Of a stretch of DNA of 48,549 bases, positions 1 through 9,433 are shown one piece after another. The stretch comes from Fibrobacterales bacterium (lineage in GTDB: Bacteria; Fibrobacterota; Fibrobacteria; Fibrobacterales; JAOPTW01): assembly GCA_051532055.1 (NCBI GenBank), contig JAOPTX010000075.1, positions 1 to 48,549 on the forward strand, given 5' to 3'. Made by a program: the position numbers and the translations under genes. Under the pieces are notes generated by a model, which saw only the letters and a list, made by a program, of their open reading frames with translations, had not been told where the DNA came from and searched no databases. The first letter of the stretch is position 1; each line of letters opens with the position of its first letter.

Positions 1-120
1 GTATCATTTTTTACAGTTAGGTGAGGGAGAGGCTCTATTCCTATAATAGAGAACGTTGTGTGAAATAAAAGAAACGAAAGTAGTGTGATTACATAAAAAC
101 AATCTTTAATGTCAGTTTTT

Positions 121-397
121 ATGGATTTTAGTTGTAAAAGAGATCTGTCCTATCTCAGAATTTAGAGCTAATTCAAATTCATTGTTGAAAAATTTAAAGG
201 ATTGTCATAGGTCATTAGTACTAACACAGAATGGAAGATCATCTGCTGTGCTTATAGATGTAAATGATTATCAAGAGATGAAAGACCAATTAGAGCTTCT
301 TCAGGATATTGCGTATTCTCAAAGACAAATTGCTGATGGAAAAGGGGTTTCTAATTCAAAGGCTAAAAAAGCAAAATTAAGTAAATTTAAAAAATGA
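121..397 (+). pseudogene. Phd/YefM-family antitoxin, probably frameshifted just after the start codon
   Basis: The frame of ORF 182..397 extends upstream as KEICPISEFRANSNSLLKNLKDCHRSLVLTQNGRSSAVLID, a typical Phd/YefM N-terminus. That frame has a stop at 107-109 and no ATG. The ATG at 121 is one base out of frame (T run at 126-129). Its stop overlaps the toxin start (ATGA 394-397). Confidence 0.75.
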
Positions 398-681
398 TAA
401 AAATCCAATGGTCACCACACGCTCTTGAGCAAGTAGAAAAAATTGTTGATTATATTTAATTAGATTCAATTGATCGGGCTCATAAATGGGCTAATTCCAT
501 TATCAACGCTGTAGATAACCTATCGGAATTTCCTGAATCTGGTCGATCGGTACATGAAGTTTCCAACGATAATATTAGAGAAATTATAAAAGGTAATTAT
601 CGAATTGTCTATCAATTTTCAAAGTCTAAGGTTGATATACTCGTAGTTAAAAATTTTAAACAAACGAAAATATTTGATTAA
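394..681 (+). pseudogene. RelE/ParE-family toxin with in-frame stop
   Basis: Manual translation: MIKIQWSPHALEQVEKIVDYI*LDSIDRAHKWANSIINAVDNLSEFPESGRSVHEVSNDNIREIIKGNYRIVYQFSKSKVDILVVKNFKQTKIFD. It has RelE/ParE motifs (FPESGR, IREII.GNYRIVY) and a TAA at 457-459. Absent from the ORF track. Confidence 0.85.
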
Positions 682-728
682 TTTAGATATAGACTTTATT
701 CGCTACTGAGGTATTGATGAGTCCAGTT

Positions 729-2069
729 CTACTGGTTCTCCTCCATATTCCCCTCCATATTCCCCTCAATAGTCTCAACAATTGTTCTCAACAACGATCG
801 ACCATCACTATACTCAATATCCTGAGCCATATCCCAGTTCATTATCCCGCCCGCCTCCTGGAGAGCAAGTTCTGTTTTGGCTTTAATGGTTGGCTGTCCG
901 TTATAATAGAGCTGCCCTATGGCATCTGTATCTTCAGCACCAGGGTAGGTGAGTACAATATCTTTATACGTCCATGAAGGAACCCCTGCTTCATCAAAGT
1001 TCCAACCATAGAATGGGACACCGAGTATAATCTTTGAAGCGGGGAGACCGCGTCCTTTCCAGTATTCTAAATCACTGAGTGCGAACTCGTATGGGGAGTG
1101 TTGCCCGGGTTCCTCTGGTCTCCATGGGCCTCTGTAGTCGTACGTCATGGTGTTTATGAAATCGTAGTTATCCAAATTTTTATCCGTAATAGAATTTGCA
1201 TTATAGAACCCGACTGCTGCGCTTAAATCCTGCTCTTCGGGGAGTGCTGCTGCAAGTGCATTTACAAAAGGATTGTAAATATCGCTGGTAACCAGACTGC
1301 CTTCCAGATCAACATCAATGCCATCAAGGTTGTGGAGTTCTATAAACTTAATAAGTTTTGATATGGTTGATGCTCTGTTTACATCGGATAGTACACTGAG
1401 CCAGACATTGGCATCGGCAGCGCCACCACCAATTGAGATAAGTACTCTGCAGTGTGCGTTATGCGCTTTGGTTACCAGTGCACTCATCTGCTCTTGGGTA
1501 ATATCAACCAAAACATTACCTGCAGCATCGGTATAGGCAAAGGCAACAATCATGTGGGTAAACTTCGTAAAATCGGTTCGTGTAACCATATCGTTAAAAT
1601 CTGCCCAGGTTGTTAGGTATCCCACATTTTTAAAATCACCTTGAGATATGGTACCAGAGGTATTGCCTTCAGCAGACGAAGGGGTAACGTCAGAAGAGAG
1701 TTGTTCTTCTGTAGCTGATGATGAGTCACCTTGTTTTGTATCCCCATCTGATGAACTGTCAAAAGGGTTAATAGAGGAGGTAATAGAAGAGGTGATAGCA
1801 GGTTCAGAAGACTCCTCTGCTTGCTTGTCTTCCTCTACCTCGGATGATTCTGCATCCTCATCACTGTCACTTGATTCCATTGGATCTACCGAATCATCAT
1901 GTGAATACTCTGCTGGTACACCTGTAGATTCATCAGTATAATCATCTGCCGATTCAGATTGCTCTTCGGTTGAAGCGTAATCGGGGTCTGGTGAAACGGC
2001 TACATCGGTGCAGCCAAAAATGATACCGATACATACAGAAATGCAGAGATGATAGAATGGATGTTTCAT
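729..2069 (-). CDS. GH18 chitinase-like lipoprotein
   Basis: Catalytic DGIDVDLE (DxxDxDxE), SIGG, MTYD and LGVPFYG motifs. Start re-assigned to MKHPF (2069) with lipobox IIFGC, followed by an acidic Ser-rich linker. Confidence 0.9.
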   Translation of the reverse strand: MKHPFYHLCISVCIGIIFGCTDVAVSPDPDYASTEEQSESADDYTDESTGVPAEYSHDDSVDPMESSDSDEDAESSEVEEDKQAEESSEPAITSSITSSINPFDSSSDGDTKQGDSSSATEEQLSSDVTPSSAEGNTSGTISQGDFKNVGYLTTWADFNDMVTRTDFTKFTHMIVAFAYTDAAGNVLVDITQEQMSALVTKAHNAHCRVLISIGGGAADANVWLSVLSDVNRASTISKLIKFIELHNLDGIDVDLEGSLVTSDIYNPFVNALAAALPEEQDLSAAVGFYNANSITDKNLDNYDFINTMTYDYRGPWRPEEPGQHSPYEFALSDLEYWKGRGLPASKIILGVPFYGWNFDEAGVPSWTYKDIVLTYPGAEDTDAIGQLYYNGQPTIKAKTELALQEAGGIMNWDMAQDIEYSDGRSLLRTIVETIEGNMEGNMEENQ

Positions 2070-2094
2070 AGTGTTTTTCCTGTTGTTAATATAA

Positions 2095-3663
2095 CTATTC
2101 TTTAAGTTGTACAAATATCGCCCTGTTGTTAAACATCTGTTTTGTGCTGCTTGGTATCTGATATGTGGAACCCTGATAGCGGCGTACATCATGGGTTTCT
2201 ATTAACTGCCCTAACACGGTATAGAAGGTTATGTGTGATACGGACTGAGGTATAACGATACCTCTCGGTGCATTGGTGTTTAAGAGTGTCAGCGCTGTTT
2301 CATCCTCAGTTTCATCCTCAGCGTCTTCCACCGTCTCTTCATGGGCGCTGCTCGTATCATTCTCCTCGTCACTCTCTTTATTGGATGAATCGAGTGAAGC
2401 GGTCTCATCTGATGACTCGGTCTCTTCAGGATCGGTATCTTCGGATGAATCTTCAGTGGCTTCAGGTTCAGATGATTCGGTGGATTGTTCATTTGATGAT
2501 TCTGTCGCTGCTGCTACAGATGATTCCTCCGGTTCAGATGGCTCAGAAGATACTGCAGAGGATGATGATACTGGGGGGAGGTATCCTCCATCTGCTTTTA
2601 TCTGCTTTGCGACAGGTCCAATAACTTCGAATAGTCGCTCAGCAACTTTTTCATGTCCGGCAAGGTTTGGGTGCGTCATATCACCGGAATAGTCGTTGGT
2701 TTCGTGGAGTAATTTGTTTTCAAAGGTACCGGTACTGATATACTGTACTCTGCTGTCTCCTGCGCTGTTAAAAGAGTTTGCAAGAGATTCAATGGCGGGG
2801 TTTACCGGTTCCCATTTACCTTGCCAGTTAGTTGGTGCTAATAGTCCGATTAAATAGATGTGGGCTTGCGGATTTTTTAAGCGAACAAATTCTACGAGCT
2901 CTCTATAGGCGTCAGAGTATTGTTGTGTGGTTGGTTCTCCATACACGTAGTCATTGGTACCGATCATAATGGTAACAATGTGTGGCTGCCAGGTAGTGAA
3001 GTCCCAGGTGCCATCGGTATTACCCCAAGTGTACATTTGTCCTTTGTAGCGCTCCAGAATGCGTTGCTCTCCATCGGTGTGCTCATAGACCGAGATACCT
3101 GAACGAGAGATCAGGCTGTATTCTGCATCAATTTTACGAGCCAGTCGCGGACCATACGCCTCATAGTTGTTGTCGGTCTGGGCGGTATGTGGACCTTCAG
3201 AGCCAAACCCTGAAGTGATAGAGTTACCAATGCATTCAATGCGAATAGGGGGGCGTGGGTTGGCAGTAACTATGTCGCCGTCAATGGTGAAGCCATGAAA
3301 AGTAGTAATACCATAGGATGCTTCGTAGCGACGCACAAATTCGAGGGTGTGTTCGCCGGAGCTGAGGTTGCTTGCCAGTTGCCTATACACTTGACTGCCG
3401 GAAAGAGGGAGGACTGTGAAGGCGCCACCGTCTATGCGATACTGATAGTATATTTCACTAGTTTGACTGACCGTAATGCCGATGCCGGTGCCATTGAATT
3501 TGACATGAATAGCGTTACCATAGGTCGTTTTGGGGTTCATTGGGTCACTATGAATCCATCTGCCAAAATAGTTGATGTTTGCGTTATCCGGATCGATGGT
3601 TGCTGCTGTGAGAGATACTGCAAAAAGTGTTATTGTGATTATGAATAGTAATATGCCTTTCAT
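2095..3663 (-). CDS. Secreted SGNH/GDSL esterase, CE2-like
   Basis: Signal peptide MKGILLF... and a CE2-like N-terminal beta domain (YFGRW, FNGTGI). SGNH blocks GNSITSG, SRSG, IGTND and DMTHP. Ser/Glu-rich linker and a short C-terminal tail (FYTVLGQLI). Confidence 0.85.
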   Translation of the reverse strand: MKGILLFIITITLFAVSLTAATIDPDNANINYFGRWIHSDPMNPKTTYGNAIHVKFNGTGIGITVSQTSEIYYQYRIDGGAFTVLPLSGSQVYRQLASNLSSGEHTLEFVRRYEASYGITTFHGFTIDGDIVTANPRPPIRIECIGNSITSGFGSEGPHTAQTDNNYEAYGPRLARKIDAEYSLISRSGISVYEHTDGEQRILERYKGQMYTWGNTDGTWDFTTWQPHIVTIMIGTNDYVYGEPTTQQYSDAYRELVEFVRLKNPQAHIYLIGLLAPTNWQGKWEPVNPAIESLANSFNSAGDSRVQYISTGTFENKLLHETNDYSGDMTHPNLAGHEKVAERLFEVIGPVAKQIKADGGYLPPVSSSSAVSSEPSEPEESSVAAATESSNEQSTESSEPEATEDSSEDTDPEETESSDETASLDSSNKESDEENDTSSAHEETVEDAEDETEDETALTLLNTNAPRGIVIPQSVSHITFYTVLGQLIETHDVRRYQGSTYQIPSSTKQMFNNRAIFVQLKE

Positions 3664-3924
3664 AATGGCTGCCCTTTGTAATAGTATGTGTGCTGCTATC
3701 ACTTTGTCATAGTGATACGCCTCTATTAAAAATACAGAGTTGGGCATGAAGACTCAATTCATTTATCAAGTAACACGGTTTATATGGTCGCTGGGTGCGA
3801 TCGAATTTAGAATGATACGTATTTGCTATTCTAATCTAAAACCCTGAGTAGAGCAGCAGAGGGAGTCTCAATTGGATATATTGATAATAAGTAGTGAACG
3901 GTCAACAAATCCAGGGAGATAATC

Positions 3925-3942
3925 GGTCGCTAAAAAATGACT
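3925..3942. promoter_or_regulatory. Candidate operator GGTCGC-TAAAAA-ATGACT
   Basis: Imperfect 6-6-6 dyad with a TAAAA spacer upstream of the first TIGR02147 gene. A related GGTCGC-N5-GCGATC lies at 3786-3802. Confidence 0.3.
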
Positions 3943-4074
3943 AAAATATCTAAATTGTGTAAGTGTCTGTCAGTGTGTGAACGATATTTATGTAAATAAT
4001 CTTAATTTCAGTTTGTGTGTATCCTGAATGTTATATAGATTAAGGCATAGTGGGACGCTTATTACAGTGAAATT

Positions 4075-4902
4075 ATGATTAATATATTTGAATACACGAA
4101 TTACCGACAGTATTTAAAAGATTTTTATCTTGCTAAAAAGGGTCGCCAAAAATCGTTCTCTTTTCGGGTTTTTGCAGACCAGGTCGGGTTCAGTTCAAAG
4201 AGCTTTATTCAAGATGTAATCAGCGGAAAACGAAACCTTTCGAAAGAGTCTACTTTTAAACTGATAGAGTATTTAAAGTATGACGTAAAGAAGAGTGCAT
4301 ACTTTCAAGACCTCGTTGAGTTCGATCAGGCAAAGACCACTGATCAGAAAGAGTTCTTTCTTTCACGAATAGTCGCAAGTAATAGTTCAACCCAGTTTAA
4401 AAAAGTTTTGAAAGAGCAATTTGAGTTCTATTCACGGTGGTATAATAATACCGTACGGGAGTTGATAACGATTCCTAAGTATGGAAACAATTTAAAACTG
4501 TTAGGGAAAGTACTAAACCCTCCACAAACTGAAGCGACGGTTAAAAAATCGGTTAAGGTTATGTTGGATATTGGTTTGTTAAAAAAGACGGGTAAAGGGT
4601 ATGCTGTTTCGGCACCAACAATTACTACCGGTGACGAGGTGACGTCAACACTCGTCAGTCTGTTCCATAGTGAAAACTTTAAGCTTGCTGAACGGTCACT
4701 GAACGAAACTGATTCACGGGATAGGGATCTTTCGTGTGTGGTAATGCGTCTTTCGAAAAAAGATTTTTTAGAAGTTAAAGAAGAGATACAAGGATTTAGG
4801 AAAAAAGTATTACAGATGGAATCATCACCGGAAGATACTGATAAGGTGTATCATTTTAACATGCAGGTTTTTCCTACCACACGGTCATTGGGAGCAAAAT
4901 GA
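4075..4902 (+). CDS. TIGR02147-family protein (N-terminal HTH, C-terminal DUF4423-like)
   Basis: Family signature IFEYTNYRQYLKDFY...FSFRVFA...GKRNLS, FYSRWY...VRELI and C-terminal VYHFNMQVFP. 275 aa. Confidence 0.9.
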   Translation: MINIFEYTNYRQYLKDFYLAKKGRQKSFSFRVFADQVGFSSKSFIQDVISGKRNLSKESTFKLIEYLKYDVKKSAYFQDLVEFDQAKTTDQKEFFLSRIVASNSSTQFKKVLKEQFEFYSRWYNNTVRELITIPKYGNNLKLLGKVLNPPQTEATVKKSVKVMLDIGLLKKTGKGYAVSAPTITTGDEVTSTLVSLFHSENFKLAERSLNETDSRDRDLSCVVMRLSKKDFLEVKEEIQGFRKKVLQMESSPEDTDKVYHFNMQVFPTTRSLGAK

Positions 4903-6158
4903 AAAGGTCAATAGTTGGGGTACTTATTTGTCCATGGATACTTGTTGGATTAATGTTTGGATGCTCCAAGCAGTCAACAGAGGTTTCCGGATCAGAGATT
5001 GGAAATCCAACCATAGCCGGAACACTGCTTGACTCTTCGGATATGCCGATAGTAGATGCGCAAATTGCGTTATATAAAGCGGGTGGTTCAGAACCACTGC
5101 TTCTTCAACAGTCCGATGCAGAGGGCTTGTTTGAAGTTGAAAATATTGATAGCGGTAGCTACCACGTTGAAGTTTTGAGCAAAGACAGTCTTCTCATTGG
5201 GTATTATAGTGATGTCGCGTATGATTCACTTCTGGGACTTTTACAGTTACAGCGTCCGGCACGAATACAGGGGACGGTATTTATTGATGATATCTCCAGT
5301 GTATCAATTGCAGGAACCCACTACAAGGCAACGCTCAATAGTGATGGTATGTATGCATTTAATCTACTCCCCATAGGAATGTTCGATATTGTTGCGACAC
5401 ACCTTAATGAAACGGGCGTTGCGGTAGATACCGTAATTGAAACCGTAGATTTGCAGCCCGATGAAGATCTGGACCTGGTTCCCGGAAGCTCCTCTGAATA
5501 TATCGAAAGTTCTGCAAGCTCAAGCTCAGAACCGGTTGTCGATGAACTTGTGTTATTGGATGATTTCGCAGACAGAGATCATTACCATGCGCAAGGTTCT
5601 ATTCTCGAAGAGGGTTACTGGTATATGTTATATGATAGCGCCGATGGTGGCGCCTCTACAGTCGTTCCTTTTGAAAGTTATGGTGATGCGTTCACCAACG
5701 CGACCCAAGAGTATGATGGCGCCGGAAACGGCTATAGTTTAAAAGTCCTTTTTGATCTGGATGAATCTTTTGGAGATCCTTATGCAGGTGTGATAGTCAG
5801 TTTGGGTAGTCAGTCTGCTGATTTGAGTGAGATGGATTCATTGGTGTTTGATTTCAAAGGTGATGGTGATATCACCGTCGAAATTGAAAGAGAGGTATGG
5901 GACGAATTTAACAATAGTGAACTCATGCGTGCCTCCTGGTACTTTGCCAATAATGTTGATTGGGTAAAGCGTTCCCTTAAAGTATCCGACCTGTTCATCG
6001 ACCCGAACTATCACCCCGAAGGACTCGGCATAGCCGATCTTTTACGAAACACCTATCGGATAACGTTTAAAGCAACTTCTGGAACCTGGCTTCAAATAGG
6101 GGATGTTCACTTGGGTGGCGTGACCAAAGAGGATATTGTTCCTTATGTACCACTATAA
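4899..6158 (+). CDS. Lipoprotein with carboxypeptidase-regulatory-like domains and a C-terminal CBM11/CIA30-like domain
   Basis: Lipobox MFGC and GSEIGNPTIAGTL..SDAEGLF..GSYHV. C-terminal LLDDFAD..GYWY..DGG..PYAG..DLS..FDFKG. ATGA overlap with the upstream TIGR02147 gene. Confidence 0.75.
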   Translation: MKRSIVGVLICPWILVGLMFGCSKQSTEVSGSEIGNPTIAGTLLDSSDMPIVDAQIALYKAGGSEPLLLQQSDAEGLFEVENIDSGSYHVEVLSKDSLLIGYYSDVAYDSLLGLLQLQRPARIQGTVFIDDISSVSIAGTHYKATLNSDGMYAFNLLPIGMFDIVATHLNETGVAVDTVIETVDLQPDEDLDLVPGSSSEYIESSASSSSEPVVDELVLLDDFADRDHYHAQGSILEEGYWYMLYDSADGGASTVVPFESYGDAFTNATQEYDGAGNGYSLKVLFDLDESFGDPYAGVIVSLGSQSADLSEMDSLVFDFKGDGDITVEIEREVWDEFNNSELMRASWYFANNVDWVKRSLKVSDLFIDPNYHPEGLGIADLLRNTYRITFKATSGTWLQIGDVHLGGVTKEDIVPYVPL

Positions 6159-6249
6159 ATATCAAAATAAAAGGGTAGGTCTGAGTAATGTGTCAGACTG
6201 AGCCCGTCGAAGTCCCCATGCCCCCATATTACGCACCCCCCCCCCCACA

Positions 6250-6471
6250 GTGACACCAACAGAGTTAAGTGGAAAAACAATTATCAGTGAGGGATGGAGT
6301 TATACGGCCTCTGTTGGTGATTGGCACACTATAAGTAGCGTGAACCAGTTGATGGACTGGGGGGTGGTTAGCGAAACATTCAGAGGCCCACCGACAAACT
6401 GGGATAGTGTTGTGGACGGGTATTATAACAATGGAGATGAAAATAGACTGTGGTCATGTCCACAAAAATAG
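6250..6471 (+). other. Probable gene remnant after a C11 homopolymer
   Basis: Trp-rich, protein-like 73-aa frame with no convincing start. It ends NGDENRLWSC, similar to NGDENQLWGNC in the next pseudogene. Poly-C at 6236-6246. Confidence 0.3.
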
Positions 6472-6540
6472 GTCTCCATCTCTTATACTCAAAGATGATC
6501 TGTGAGGCTCAGAGTGCATGTAATAAAACAAAGGATACAA

Positions 6541-7670
6541 ATGATAAGTATTAAAAAATTTATAGTGCCGTTTATCGCAGTAGTTTCATTTTATGGATGT
6601 GAAAACTTGAATAGTGTAGAATTGAGTAGTGCCAATTCTCAAGATAATGTAATGGTAAAGAACGTTTCAGGTGGATGTGTTGCGTGTAGAAACGGTGATG
6701 AGAATCAACTGGGGGAAATTGTTTCAATTCATGGACAAGGCTACGTGGTAAAAAATATTTGGGGAATTGTGACCCATCTCACACCTGGGACTATGAACCT
6801 GCAACCTGTATAGTAACAGAAAGTAGCAGTGACGGTTCGGTTGAAAGTAGTGATGATAGCAGTATTCCACCGGGTGAGAGAATATCACTTCCTGGTAAAT
6901 TAGAAGTAGAAGATTATGTGCGCTTTTCAGATAACACACCAGAAAATTTGGGTGGAGAATTTCGAAACGATGCAGTTGATATTCAACATACAGAAGATAC
7001 TGGTGGCAGATATAATGTCGGCTGGGTAGCTTCTGGAGAGTGACTTGAGTATGATATTTTGTAGCTGGATCAGTATGATTTTATTTTGCGTATGGCTTCA
7101 GCTAATGCGGGAGCTAAAGAAGCTCAGGTTACTATTAATGGAATGCCAGTAGGTACATTCACTTTAACTAGAAGTGATGGATGGCAAAGTTGGTATGATG
7201 TTGAGATAAAGAATATTGAGTTTAATTCAGATGCTGCAACTCTAAGGATAACGATGAATAGCAGCAGTTTCAACTTGAATTATCTTGTTGTAAATGAACA
7301 TGTACCTGGGAATGAACAACCAGGTGAAGGAACAATGAAATTACTCAACTGGAATATTTATTATCAAAATAATAATACTCAGGGTGTTGCGCGAGTAATT
7401 AGTGAGGTTGATCCAGATGTTGTTGGACTTTGTGAGTTTATGCCTAATGCTGATCAAATGGTACGTGACCTTAACAATGCAAGTGGTAGAAGCTTTAGAG
7501 TGCAACCGGGGCGTCCATGGCGACATGGATATGGCACCGATATATTTTATGATGCAAACAAATTCGACGCGCTTGCTATCGGTACCTTTGAAAATGAAAC
7601 CTCTCATGACCTGCAAATGGGGGATACTCATAGTCGTGCATATTCTTGTTTTAAATATGCGCCAATGTAA
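6541..7670 (+). pseudogene. Disrupted lipoprotein: Cys-rich segment + CBM6-like + truncated EEP domain
   Basis: Lipobox FYGC and a frameshift at the G run 6711-6715. CBM6-like LPGKLEVEDY...YNVGWVASGE*LEY has TGA 7041-7043 at the conserved Trp and TAG 7062-7064 in the same frame. EEP start LLNWNIYY...DVVGLCE is present, but the GDxN and DH motifs are missing. Confidence 0.8.
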
Positions 7671-7713
7671 ATATTCTAAAGAATAAGAAGGGTGTAGTAT
7701 ATCCAAAAAAACG

Positions 7714-7752
7714 ATAAGGCTATTTCTTTATAGTAAATAGCCTTATTCTTTT
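7714..7752. terminator. Intrinsic terminator-like hairpin
   Basis: ATAAGGCTATTT-N9-AAATAGCCTTAT, with an A tract before and a T-rich tract after. Confidence 0.6.
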
Positions 7753-8204
7753 AGAAGTTTTGGGCTAAGAGGGTAAGATAAATTGTATAAAGTAGGTAAA
7801 AAAATGTATTACAATAGCTATGAGGGGTATGATATATACTATACTTAAAATGGGACGGAATTGAATAATACTTTTGGATCTGTTTTCATTATCTGTAATA
7901 GGTTATTGATGAAGACTACTCAGCAACTGTAATTTTTCAATTTCGAAGAAGAGGAAACATTAACATGTCTATAACTATAGCCTATGGGCTGGAGGCACGG
8001 TGTATCCTGTACTTAAAATATTCTGTTTTAAAAATGTATCCTACTCTCAACGAGCAGTATATCTTTTCGTTCTTTTAAGAATCTTTTTGAATCACCTTAA
8101 TTTAGTGGCGTCAAGACACAGTCTTGTGAACTCATTTTTCATGTTCTATCGATATGAAGTGCATGATACGTATCTGAAAACTAAGGAACCAAAGAAATGG
8201 AAAG

Positions 8205-9422
8205 GTGAAAATTATGAAATTATATAGTATGTTATTTCTGATGTGTTGTATTGGGTGTGACATGAAAGAAAGTGTTACAGTTCCTATGGGGGAATCTTCA
8301 GTTTCTAGGGGTATGGGATTTGAGAGTAGTAATGATACCGTTCTATCAAATGAAATGAGTTCATCAGTGTATGATGAACGTTCTGTGATTCATAAGAGTA
8401 GTGAAGGTACAGCTATTGGATTAAGTAGCTCATCAATAGTAACCAGTAGTAATGTCCAGAAAACGATCTCCAGTAATGACTTGAACTCAAGTAGTATCAT
8501 TTTAAGTAGTAGTTATTTAAGTGAAGGAGCTTCTTCAAGCACTGAACTATTTTCAAGTATGAACGACCACTACTCTTCGAATAATAGTATTGCGTCAAGT
8601 AGCATTGCCCTAAGTAGTTTGAGCAGTTTAGAAGAAGATTCAACAGTCTATGGAGCTATTACATTAATGAATTGGAATATACATTATCAGAATAGTAATA
8701 CTAAAGGAGTTGCACGCATTATTGATGAAGTGAATCCGGATATTGTAGGGCTCTGTGAATTCACCGCTTCACCTGATGCATTAATAAGTGACCTTTCTGA
8801 GGTGAGCGACAGAAATTATACATTGCAACCAGGCCGCCCTTGGTTCAAAGGATATGGTACTGCTATTATTTATGATGATAATACGTGGGAGGCCCTTGAA
8901 GGAGGAGTTGAATCAATATTTTGCGAGGGAACCCTGGGAGGAAATCGTGCGGCTAATTAGGTGGTCTTAAAAAATCGAGAGCACGGTAACACTATGATTA
9001 CCGGTGGTATACATTTGTCTTATTGTGCTGGAAAAGAGGGATGTGATGCGACTCATGAATGTGAGCTTGGGGTCGCGTATACTCATTTTGAAGAAATGAA
9101 AGCAAAATATAATGCACCTGTGGTTTGGATGGGAGATTTAAATCGCTGGATAGGTACAACTATTTTTGATAATATCTTTACAGGTACAATTGGTACGCGA
9201 AATAGTTTCATCGTTGAAGATTTGTCTCAAGCAGTTGGGGGGACAATGTACAATGGTGAAAGCTGGCAATATCCTATTGATCATATATTAGGTGAACCTG
9301 GCTATTTTGAACGAATGAGTGGTGGAAGAACTCAGCATGGCGTAAAAGGGCAGTGGCTAGAAAATGCGGATCACTTTCCGGTATATAGCGAATTAAGATG
9401 GGAAGTAGAAGAATACAAATAA
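8205..9422 (+). pseudogene. EEP-family (endonuclease/exonuclease/phosphatase) lipoprotein split by one in-frame TAG
   Basis: ORFs 8205..8960 and 8961..9422 are contiguous and in frame (RAAN*VVLK). Lipobox CIGC, Ser-rich linker, and motifs NWNI, DIVGLCE, HL, GDLN, IDHI and ADHFPV. Confidence 0.85.
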
Positions 9423-9433
9423 GGGGCGTAACA

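Noticed and set aside
735..770. 12-nt tandem repeat at the GH18 C-terminus (EGNM EGNM EENQ)
   Set aside because: It is a short, in-frame local duplication with no evident functional consequence.
2268..2692. Shadow ORFs opposite Ser/Glu-rich linkers (also 1648-1941, 32755-33129, 41500-41838 and others)
   Set aside because: They are antisense or alternate frames of well-supported genes. Low-complexity codons leave them free of stops.
8000..8227. Short ORFs in AT-rich spacers (8000-8227, 21692-21910, 21847-22041)
   Set aside because: They have no RBS or motifs, some overlap real genes, and their composition is typical of non-coding AT-rich DNA.
6541..9422. Stop-codon reassignment (TGA or TAG read as Trp)
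   Set aside because: Both codons end ordinary genes here (TGA in the ATGA overlaps, TAG at 729-731 and 34107-34109). Long Trp-rich genes have no internal stops. The affected region also has a frameshift, so pseudogenisation is simpler.
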